DNA of 64,000 nucleotides from Trichosphaerium sp. ATCC 40318 (lineage: Eukaryota > Protista > Tubulinea). Positions within the stretch are counted from its first letter, which is position 1. Every line of letters begins with the position of its first letter. The notes under the pieces are model-generated. The model saw only the letters and a program-made list of their open reading frames with translations. It made no database searches and had not been told where the DNA came from. Of the stretch, positions 51,498-64,000 are shown piece by piece. A program made the translations under genes and the position numbers. The DNA lies in contig JALMLS010000033.1 in NCBI GenBank assembly GCA_038496445.1, positions 24,676-88,675 of the forward strand, given 5' to 3'.

Positions 51498-52050
51498 TTA
51501 ACATTGTGGTAAGATAGTGACACCCTTGGTACATGGGTCGTAAGCTAGAATAGGAACAGGAGCATAGCTATTTAAAATCGTTAAAAGAAAACAACTGAAG
51601 GAAAGGTAAGTACCCAGAAGATCCAAAGTAGAAGCTAATAGTCATCGGCTGTGAGGCACACAGATACCCTTTGAGGTCAAAGTACAAGTCTCCACAAACG
51701 TTTGTTTGGGTGCCACGCGTAGATACCCATTTACACGTTTGCGTTTGGCACCCAAGAGTGCAACGCAATTTGCTTGCTATGGATGAGTTAGAAATCTAAT
51801 ATTTTACTTGGAAAAAGTTGATTGTACCCTGTGGCGCCTGAATAGGACCCAAACTGTTGTTGCCTTTTACATCAACAGTAACTATTAAGTGTTCTTTCGT
51901 AATTAGTATCTTCAGGACAGTGCAGAAGTAGGCTGCATTGTAACGTGATACCAAGTTTTTAGGTCTCAATTCGTATCTTAGAAAGTGACAAGCACCTCCA
52001 CCATATCCGGGCTGGGATGGGCTGATTTGTTGCTGTTCTCCGTATTGCAT
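51498..52050 (-). CDS. Hypothetical three-exon protein between the tRNA inverted repeats
   Basis: GT-AG splicing gives an open frame MQYGEQQQ...VDVKGNNSLGPIQAPQASKL...GDLYFD...FYFGSSGYAPVPIL...LPQC-stop. Confidence 0.6.
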
Positions 52051-53292
52051 GTTGATGAGTTGTTGTTGATGAGTATTTGAGTTACAAATGAAGATACCGA
52101 ACATAGATTGTTAAGTTGTGTACTGGTAACTTTTCCTTTTAGTCTACCTTTGATGATTAGTTGACAGGCTGCTCGCTTTTATAGTCTTGCCAATACATTG
52201 AACAACACGTTGTATATAGTTTTAGGGAGCATTGTTGTAGTTCTTTGGGTAGTATTTAGTTTTTGCTCGAATATTAGTAAAAGCTAATCTCCAAAAACAC
52301 TGTAGGAACAGCGTGCAGGTTTATTACTTCAAATCCCTTTTTGTGTTAGAAATCACTTCAAGCGATAAGTGAAAACAATGTATACAATAAAAAATTTTCG
52401 CTACATGACAGTGAGATTGAATGATTACTAATACTACGTTCCCAAAATTGTTTCTGGATTAGTTTTTTTTGGCTGTCACTATTCAATAAAGACCATTTTA
52501 AAGTAATAACAACTTTCCACTCTAACAAGAATAGAAACGTCATATGAAAACGTATTTTCTACGTACTAGGCGAGAGGTAAAGCTGTTATCTGTTCTTGAA
52601 GTTTTGACAACAGAAAACTAGAAAAATATGATGACTGTCATTTTCCGCTAATAGTACACGTGGGTGCATAAAGTTAGGCACTTGTTAGAAGACAGCAGAA
52701 TATGATTTTTAAAGCCATAAACACTATTCTACAAGTCTTTCTAGGCGCACTAGTGCATACATGTACGATTCAAATGGAATGAAATGACGGCTGACACCTA
52801 AGTAATCTGTTGTACTCGGTTTTAGGACATTGTTAACCCAAGTAGTGGAATAAATACGTGGTTTTGATATGAGAGATAAATGAGGTTGTGACTGCTATTT
52901 ATTCTCTGTCATTCAAGTTAGCAGATTTTTTGCCTACTACTACAGTATCCTTATGCAGTGGTAACAGAAAGTCACGTGTTTGCATCATGGCTACCTAAAT
53001 AAACTTAGAGTGTTGGCGGCTTGTTTTGGCCATGGTAAATATAAGAAGTACGTTATTGTTCATTTGTACGAACAAAAGCAGTGCTCCACATTTCATAGAG
53101 ATTTTTATGGAGCGTTATTTTCTTAGGTGCCAATATTTAATAACTTTCAACGTAGCACCGTGTGTATAAAGTGTACGTTTTGGAAAACTACAGGAACGTT
53201 TATGGTGTTTGTGCATACTACTCTAAAACTAATTATTGACAGGTTTAGATTTTATAGAATCCCAATAAACGTTACTCAAACCCATCGACAAG

Positions 53293-53365
53293 TCCCGGCT
53301 AGCTCAGTTGGTAGAGCGTACGGCTCTTAACCGTACGGTCGAGGGATCGAGACCCTCGTCGGGAG
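53293..53365 (+). tRNA. tRNA-Lys(CTT), identical to 50441-50513
   Basis: Same cloverleaf followed by TTTTTT. Confidence 0.95.
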
Positions 53366-53448
53366 TTTTTTCAACTCAGTTAACTGAGTGTGCAAAATAA
53401 ATTTAATAAATACTTGTTTAATAAATAAATAATATTTATTTGCTTCAT

Positions 53449-53508
53449 CTCAGTTGGTTGAGCGCACGGCTCTCAACTATGCAGTTGATGTATCCACACT
53501 CATTTTTG
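53449..53508 (+). repeat. Third copy of the tRNA-Lys-derived repeat head
   Basis: CTCAGTTGGTTGAGCGCACGGCTCTCAACTATGCAGTTGATGTATCCACACTCATTTTTG matches 37879-37937, including the non-tRNA tail. Confidence 0.85.
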
Positions 53509-53697
53509 GAATTGACGCTCAACAATTCAGCAAGCTCATTTCACCTTCTACTGCTTTAACGACCAAAAAGTGACACCTTGGTCATTTCTTTTTTACTAGC
53601 TATCATTCCCTACTATGGACATAGCATACTTGGTTTTTATTTGCTTTACACCTACACAATATTTTACAAAAACTAATGAGACATTTAACTGCATTCA

Positions 53698-54593
53698 TTA
53701 CAAGTTGTCATCTATGACATTAAAGGCATGATGGAAGTAGTCCATATCATCAATATATACAACTAGCTCATAAGATCCAGTAACAGATATGTTACAAGAA
53801 ATAATAACATCACTACCCTCTCCTGTAACGACAGTAGACAAGGTTTCTACAAACAAAAAAACTGAGCTTTGAACAAAATGAAAAAGGAAGAGTTCAGTTG
53901 TGTATCGTACCTGGGCCGCCAGTGATATTAGCATTAACACGGAACGGTTGAAACGAAACTGGTTTATACATGGCATCCTTTGTTTCAATTGTGAAACGAG
54001 CTGTTTGGCCTAATGCCATCTGGGTGTTTTTGTTAGTTTCTTGAGGTTTGTGAGCAGTGAAAGAGAAATACTGTACTTTTTGAGGTCCTTTGATGTAATG
54101 CATGAGCTAACAAGATGCGTCAGTATCCAAAAACGGCGAAGAATAACTTTAATTGGTGTGAGAATTGTGTTTAAACGCTGCAGTCAGCGTTAAAGTGGCA
54201 TTGTTTGCGTTTGGAGTATGCTAGTGGCGCAAGTAAATACGTACATTTCCTTGTGCTTCTGGTTGGTAACCGCCTCTGGCGCTGCTAGATGAGTGCGTGC
54301 TACCAGTTTGGCCATTCCCAGCGCGATTACTGAGAGCATTGTTTAACTTTGCTCGATCTGCAGCTGTCAAACCGGCAAGAGGACCACCTAGCGTAGTGCG
54401 TTAACATAGCCGAATTCGGAAACCCATGCAATAAACCAAAATTCCTAACTCACCAGTTCCTTTTTGAACGCTATTTTGCGCATTAGACGTCTGACGCTAT
54501 GCGTTGTACACCTTATAAATCATTTAGAATAAAAATCTTACACACGACCTTACGCAAAGCGTTCTGTATTTTAAAATCCATCAAATGAGCCAT
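53698..54593 (-). CDS. Small filamin/ABP280 Ig-repeat protein with a low-complexity N-terminus
   Basis: GQTARFTIETKD...ITGGP...VTGSYELVVYID fits a filamin repeat. Internal exon joins are partly uncertain. Confidence 0.65.
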
Positions 54594-54722
54594 ATTTCTT
54601 GTCTAAACGATAGTGCGCAACTGTAGTGTACTTGTTATTACACAAAACTTAAAACGACAAGTTCAGTCACCATTCTCCTCAACAATCCTCGCATTATCAA
54701 AATAACCATACAAACATCTTAA

Positions 54723-56604
54723 ATGTCAAATTCACGTGTTGCTGATCCAAAGAAGCTCAAAAGAGGGTCTTCAGCGTCAGATGTTAAAGATAAGAGGTTT
54801 CAAATGTTTACTCATATAGATACTGCGTCTAAATCGTACGTAACGATATCTTTTGGAGAAAAAAAAAAAGAATTTGGAATTTATAACCAAGACGATTAGT
54901 TTTTCTGGCTTTACTGAGCGTATGATGTACGGAGAGAAAATATCAGAGGACAGTGTCATTGACGACATCGTAAACGAGAAACCAAAGACTGCAGCAGACG
55001 GATTAGGTACCTTATCCTCCCTTAGACAATTCTTGGGAACAGACTGTCGTTAACCATATATAATTCTGTAGGAAAAGGATTGCTGTCTCTTGGTCACAAT
55101 TTAGTTAAAGGCGTTACTGGTATTGTGGTACACAAATCTCATAGAAAAACATTTGTTTATAATACACGTGGCTGAAGTGTTTTCTCTTTGTTAGGTTGAG
55201 CCTGTAAAAGGAGCAAAACATAGTGGTGGTGTAGGATTTTTAAAGGGAGTTGCAGTTGGTTTAACAGGGTAAGCTCACGTGGTCATAGTAGCCACTTTTT
55301 TTTTCTTTTTTTTTTTTGAACGAACAGAAAAAAATACCAGAATTCGTGTTGTGGAATTTCTATGCCTTCGTAAAAAATCAGCGCCTAAGGAAGGTAATTC
55401 TAGTGATTACGAACCTAGTTTCTATTGTTGGGAGTTTAGATACATTCGTTATCAATGCATATGTTTTAATTGACCAACAACGCACTTTTATTTCTTATGT
55501 TTCAGAAAACTAGATATCCTGATATTGTTGCTTTAGTGTTGTAACAAAACCTGTTGTCGGTGTAGTTGATCTTGTCGCAAAAACATCTGAAGGCATTGCA
55601 AATACACCGCATACTATACACAACGCTTTGATGATTGCTAGAGAACCACCACAAGAAGGTAGTATTACTTTGTGTTTGTTTGATAAACGATTAACACAAT
55701 GTCCTAGATAAAATAGCCCATTTCGGACAACCACTTTCTAGTTCTGTTCAGAAAGCAGACGATCAAGGAAAAATACACATTGCATTTGCTTGTTATAAAC
55801 ATATTAGAGAAAACGGTTTACAGTCGGTTGGTATTTTCAGGTTGGCTGCGAGCAAGAAAACGCTTTTAAAGTTGCGCGATCAAGTTGGTACGGTAAATGG
55901 CTTATCGTATCCTTCATTAACAAGTCTTTTTAGATTCAGGAGAGACACTAAAACTTGATCAGTTTAATATGAACACGGTTGCTTGTCTGTACAAAGTATG
56001 TTTATTTTTTTGTTTTCTTTTGCTATGCGCATTCTTATTTATTGTGTAGCTTTATTTTGCTGAGCTTCCTGATTCTGTTATTCCATCATCTTCTTACTAT
56101 GATCTACTACGAATGGCAGAACAGAAGAAACCAGAAAACGAAATAGTGATGCTCCTGAAACCGTTTGTTAAAAACTTGGAGGCTGTCAATCGAGTAAGTA
56201 TTTTGTTTGGGTTTTACTTCGATTTTAGGTGCTTACTTTTTATAGCACGTGCTTTTACAATTAATGGACGTATTATATGAAATTCATAAACAGAGTAAAG
56301 TAAATAAGATGGATGCCCATAACCTTTCAGTAGTATGGGTAAGTATAAGCTAAAACGGTTTTTTTTCTCGTTTTTTTCTTATTTTATTTTAAAGGTTCAA
56401 AATGTTCTAAAGGCTCCTCCTGCAACCCCTGACCAAGATGAAAACGCTTACCTCATGCAACTTCTACGAAATGCGCCAAAATTGGCAACTGTTATTAAAG
56501 TGATGATTGAACACTTTGAAGAAATATTTAGCATCACTGCTGAAGATCAAAGTGCTGGGAATGATGATGGTGAAATTTTAACTAATGATTGTCCGCTTGA
56601 TTAA
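54723..56604 (+). CDS. VPS13/ATG2 C-terminal-like Gly-rich amphipathic region fused to a RhoGAP domain
   Basis: KGVTGIVVEPVKGAKHSGGVGFLKGVAVGLTGVVTKPVVGVVDL, then PFGQPL, GLQSVGIFRLAA (Arg finger), LYKLYFAELPDSVIP and NKMDAHNLSVVW. Confidence 0.85.
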
Positions 56605-56768
56605 AAAATAAGGTGTAAAATAAATAATAAGGTATAGGCATTTCATAAAACCGTCATGAGCCAAACCCGAAAAAAACATTTTTGAATTTTTTTAGCTAAG
56701 TAGAACTCCTTTGGTAAGAACTTGGCTACTCATAACAATTGTTTATTTAACGTGGTACAACGTATTTA

Positions 56769-57509
56769 TTACACGATTGTGGCCTTCTCCAGTTCACCAT
56801 CAAAATACCATCTCTTGTATTCTCCCTTTGGCTTACCATTTACGTAAAAAACCTTTTCCCATAATTGACCATTAACATGCCAAAGCTTATGCTCTCCTTC
56901 TCTTACACCATTCTCATAAGTGGTTTTTTCATACAAGATACCATTACGATGCCACTGAGTCTTCAGACCCACTTGAGCACCATTTACAAAATAAGACAGC
57001 TCCATTAACTGTCCGTCCTCATACCACCTCTTTTTCTGCCCGCATCGACCGTCTAGATGGAAATACGACAGTTCCATCAACTGACCGTTCTCATGCCACT
57101 CAGTGTACTCACCTTCTCTCTTACCATCTCGGTAATTATACTGAGAATACAATTCACCGCTCTCATACCACTCCTGGTAGACTCCTTCATTTTTATTGTG
57201 GACAAAATAACAGAGGTTCCTTAAGACACCGTTGTCATGCCATAACTTAAACTCACCGTGTAGTTGACCGCGCATCCAAAACTCTTGACATACAATCATT
57301 GCTGTGAGTGTATTGTTTTCGTAGAATACCTTCCGTTGTAACCATTTGCCGTTTTTCTCGATGTTGCCGTCAAACCTTGTTGTTAGTGCCGTGTACTTTG
57401 ATAAGACAGGCCATTTCAGGTAAACCTCGAAGTCTCTGTAGATTATTGCTATTTGAATCTCCGTTGGGAGTAGTAGTAGTGCGTTATTTGCAGGTATTAA
57501 TGAGCTAAT
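56769..57509 (-). CDS. F-box-like + MORN-variant repeat protein, paralogue of 42203-42904 (5' exon not resolved)
   Basis: The frame stays open upstream of the listed ORF to an AG at about 57510: LLLLPTEIQIAII..WPVLSKYTALTTR, followed by G.Y.EW.ENG.L repeats. Confidence 0.8.
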   Translation of the reverse strand: MSSLIPANNALLLLPTEIQIAIIYRDFEVYLKWPVLSKYTALTTRFDGNIEKNGKWLQRKVFYENNTLTAMIVCQEFWMRGQLHGEFKLWHDNGVLRNLCYFVHNKNEGVYQEWYESGELYSQYNYRDGKREGEYTEWHENGQLMELSYFHLDGRCGQKKRWYEDGQLMELSYFVNGAQVGLKTQWHRNGILYEKTTYENGVREGEHKLWHVNGQLWEKVFYVNGKPKGEYKRWYFDGELEKATIV

Positions 57510-58008
57510 CTAATTAATGTCTGCGTCAGAACACACGATACTAGAGACTACAAAACAAGCGAGTTTTAGAAACGCGTAGATTGCAATTGGTCAGCGTGCA
57601 AGAAGTAGATTGAGTGATTTTCTTTGGTAGAAAGGCTTTTTGTACAACAGGAGAGTTTTGTAGAATAAGAGGTTTTTTTAAAAGTGCATAGCCAAAGACT
57701 ACGAAGAACATACAACACCGCTAACAGACAACAATGCAATTTATCAAATTACTCGTTTCATGCTTTGCTCTGTTAGCGCTATTTTGCATGCTATTGGTAT
57801 GATGGTAGTCTTGGCAGTATAGCGTTGATCAAAGCAAAGCTCAACGAAAAGAATCAAAAGGGTTCATGTACCTCTTTAGAGTATCGAGCCATGATGTAAG
57901 AACAAACGGTCGGCGGACACTGTTTGTCAAGATTAAAGAAACAATCTTGTTAACGAAGTGAAGGACTTTAAGCCAGCCTTTTTGGCTTAATAAACATATT
58001 TTTATCCT

Positions 58009-58062
58009 TAGCTCAGTTGGTTGAGCGGGAAGCTCTTAACTGTAGGGTTACGGGATCTAGAC
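58009..58062 (+). pseudogene. Degenerate tRNA-Lys(CTT) copy
   Basis: TAGCTCAGTTGGTTGAGCGGGAAGCTCTTAACTGTAGGGTTACGGGATCTAGAC is colinear with the tRNA, but stems are broken and the acceptor arm is missing. Confidence 0.7.
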
Positions 58063-58213
58063 GGATACATGCACGCGAACATTCCGAAAAACAAAAACGA
58101 TATCACGTGATAGTGACATTTAGTATTGTAAAGGAACTGATAAAACTGATTTTATTGCTGCTTTTGTATTGATATCTGCAATAAATAAAAAAAGACTTAG
58201 TGTCGATTATTGT

Positions 58214-61057
<2,844 letters not shown>

Positions 61058-61229
61058 TGTGAATAAACAACAAGGACAGATTTGGGCGACAAAAACTTTT
61101 TACATTTTTCGTATTTGAGCACGAAACCCAACAAAGTTTTATTGCGTTAATACCACATTTGGTGTCGTGTTTGGACGACAGCAATAATACAGCCGTTACA
61201 ATTGTGAAACAATTATGGATGACGAATAA

Positions 61230-64000
61230 ATGTCGACAGGGAGAGCCTCTGCGCGCCTGAAGGGCAAGACAGTACTATTTCCTGCTCAAATACATTTAAA
61301 TGAGGCCGCGCTACCCTGTAATAATCAATTGAGCGATTTCGTTGCTAAAGGTATTAAAAACTCGTTGGTTATGAATAACATAATATTTGTAGACGACTTC
61401 TCTACGCTGAAACAAAAACAGGTTTGTAGTGGTTATTTTTTCTTCTAACTACTCGTACAGACATTTCATGAGCTTGAACCTCCCGTAGCAGACAATTTCC
61501 ACTCGCCTACGGCAGAAAAATCAAAGGAAAAACGGTTATCAGCTCTACAAGTACACAAACGCCTAAATTCAGCGTAACCTACAAGAAACGAATAACAATT
61601 ACCTAGAAATTTAACCGCGATAGAGAACGGGCGCGTTTCTCGAAACTTCGAAAACAGGCCATCCCAGACCTTCTATCAATACCAGATGGATCAAAAAAAT
61701 CTCTTCCAATATTTGATGATCCTTCACAGTACGTTTAGCTATACAATTTGCACGTGCAAGTTGGCTAAACTTGTTGTTGTAAAACATTTCAACTCTAATT
61801 TCTCTTACTTTATGTAGGTCTCAAAAAAGCGGAAGTACATTATTCTCAAATGGTAGGAGTGCTAGAACAGTGTTTGGGAGGGATGACAGTGATGAAGATA
61901 GCTTGGAGAACCTAGAAAAGTGCGTTTTGTTTTTTGTTATATTTGCTTTGTCGTGTTGATTATTTTGTAGAGCAAGCGACATCGAGGATGAGGTTAGCTT
62001 CATATCAAACAAAAGGGTTGCTTTTTAACATACTTTAGATACCTGATATCCCAGCATTCCGAGACGACTTTATCGTCAATGACGTTGAAATGGGTACTTG
62101 AAGTTTTTTTTCGAATTCTTAGTAATGTATTAGTCTATGATCCTTTATTTCCTACCAATGACACAACACGATCCCCAAGTCCAAAAAAGAAATCCCCATT
62201 CAAACGGCGATTGTCTCCTAAAAAGGAACGTAAAAAGAGAAATTTTATTGATATGGTGCATGACGATGACGAAGGCAGTACAGTCGACGAGCATCATAGA
62301 CCAAGCAAAAAGTGAGTAATGCCTTTATTTTTTATTGTTATTTAACTCACCATTATTGTAGAGCACGTATAGATTCTGCAGTAAACGACATCATGATCAT
62401 CGATTCACCTCACCAGTCAAGTAATAGAATTCCACAGTTTAAACCAGACGAACGTGTCAATATCAGTGATGACGAAAGTAAAGATGATATGGCTATTGAT
62501 ACTGTTTCTTCGAGTTCTAGGCGAAATGTACTAGTCTACAGACTTTTTCCATCTTGGATTACCTATGTTTTCTTACAGCACACTAGTCGCGTTCTAGTGG
62601 ATTTGTGGTTGTTGTTGCTCCTAAAGGTGGTTCAGAGATGAGACTTTATGTGCAAGTACCACGAGGAGTTGATATTGAGGCCGTACGCCTATAAACACAG
62701 CTATGTTGTCTAAGTCATCTATTTAGTTGACCGTTGAGCGATTTTGTGCAATTGTGATAACAAGATACAGCAAAAAAACTAAAATAGATGAAAAGGCTGT
62801 AAAAGTAAATGCTTTCAAGCTAAAAGGAGAATATGACATGGACCCTGATGATCTTGTATATAATGATATTGTAGATCCATCCGTTGATGCTTATCGCATA
62901 GAGATTGAAGGTATGTTAAGAGATTTCTAACCCGTTTTCTCGAACGTGCAGCTCTAATCGAAACATTTAGTTAAAGAAAAAACAATGGCAGATATCTACG
63001 CTTCCGAATACAACCCAAAAGTTCGTATGTTATCAGCTCTGAAGGAATCTGAGGAGAAAAGTGAGCTCAAAGTTGAAGAACGTAGCCAAGCTGATGTTGC
63101 ACTTAAACTTATCCGCGACTCGCATCGTCCTAAGATCAATAAGCTGATGTTTTGGCGTGGTGCCTTGCTTGGTTCGTAGTTTTTTTATGCACGTAGCGCT
63201 ATGAGCTTTACGTGATTAGTTTATGTTTGTTTTACAGCAAATAACCTCTTATATAGCACAGAGCACAGCTAAGCAATTCGCACAAGTGTTACATCATGAA
63301 AACTTAGCAAATCTCACGTTATTGGATTTCAGCGATAATAACTTACAACACCCTTACATTAGCAATATTCTAAAGGCTGCCAGTGGGTTGAAGCACTTGA
63401 AGACTTTAAACCTTTCAGATAACCACCTTTGCAATTCAAGTATACATCAGCTATGCATGGTATTACTACAATGTGGTAAACTAGAGGTATTGGAGCTAGC
63501 TGGTTGCTGGATTGATCAAACATTGATTTCTCTGTTGCTAAAGCAGAAAGTACGTCAAAAACATGCCTCACGTTTACTAGTTTAACGGGATTATCGTTAG
63601 GTGTTTGGCCACGCACGTAGCCTACATACTTTGGACCTTTCTCGTAATAATATATCTGGTGAAGGTTTAAGAGATTTCTTTTTGTATTATAGTAGAGATT
63701 GGGCTGATAGGCAGTGCCCACTAAAGGTATGAGCTTTTCTTGGGGTTATTTTGTAGAGCGTCCTGGGTCTTCAATGTCAACCTAAGGAGACCATTCTTTC
63801 TGTACAAGCTGACGCGTTTATTGTAGAATTTCATCCTTAAAGATAACTTTGGTTCTTCTTGTTGCTCTGGGATATCTGTCGCTCTTAAAGACTTTCTTGT
63901 TACAGTAAGACTGAACAAACTTATTTTATCGGGTAGTCATTTAGATGATAAATTCATTTCTGGTCTGCGCTCTGGATTATCGTTAAGTTCTTCAATTCAA
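61230..64000 (+). CDS. Protein with a low-complexity N-terminus, ubiquitin-like domain and RNI-like LRRs (resembles the TONSL C-terminus), 3'-partial
   Basis: RLYVQVP..LTVERFCAIVITRY..DMDPDDLV followed by LTLLDFSDNNL, LKTLNLSDNHL and LEVLELAGCWI. Confidence 0.55.

Larger units (their letters stand above)
50394..53412. repeat. Inverted repeats of about 286 bp (50394-50679 and 53127-53412), each carrying an outward-pointing tRNA-Lys gene
   Basis: The tRNA, about 165 bp upstream and about 45 bp downstream are near-identical reverse complements. Confidence 0.95.

Overview
Eukaryotic, AT-rich, gene-dense DNA using the standard code, with many short (about 40-100 nt) spliceosomal introns (donors typically GTAYGT). 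Gene content suggests an amoebozoan-type protist (inference). About 22 spliced protein genes can be assembled by hand: long-form NagB, an ankyrin-sirtuin fusion, a SAM methyltransferase, an inverted pair of secreted HExxH metalloprotease/mucin genes, an F-box-like protein, a lamin-tail/CotH/FN3/mucin membrane protein, 5'-nucleotidase III, a sodium:solute symporter, two tandem [orphan + cytochrome P450] units, a homologue of the plant NDX N-terminal domain, a LYR protein, two F-box-like/MORN-variant proteins, an SDR, a secreted GH116, an F-box/LRR pseudogene, a filamin-repeat protein, a VPS13/ATG2_C-like RhoGAP fusion, alkyl-DHAP synthase and a UBL-LRR protein. The most unusual non-coding signals are: (i) two identical tRNA-Lys(CTT) genes with an initiator-like A54/A60 T-loop inside about 286-bp inverted repeats, plus a dispersed family of tRNA-Lys-derived repeats, one forming a foldback element; (ii) a U1-snRNA-like structured segment inside a long intron; (iii) roughly 7-fold enrichment of CACGTG; (iv) at least four GC-AG introns. 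Exon joins were inferred by eye, so gene ends may be off by one small exon. Family assignments rest on remembered motifs, not database searches.
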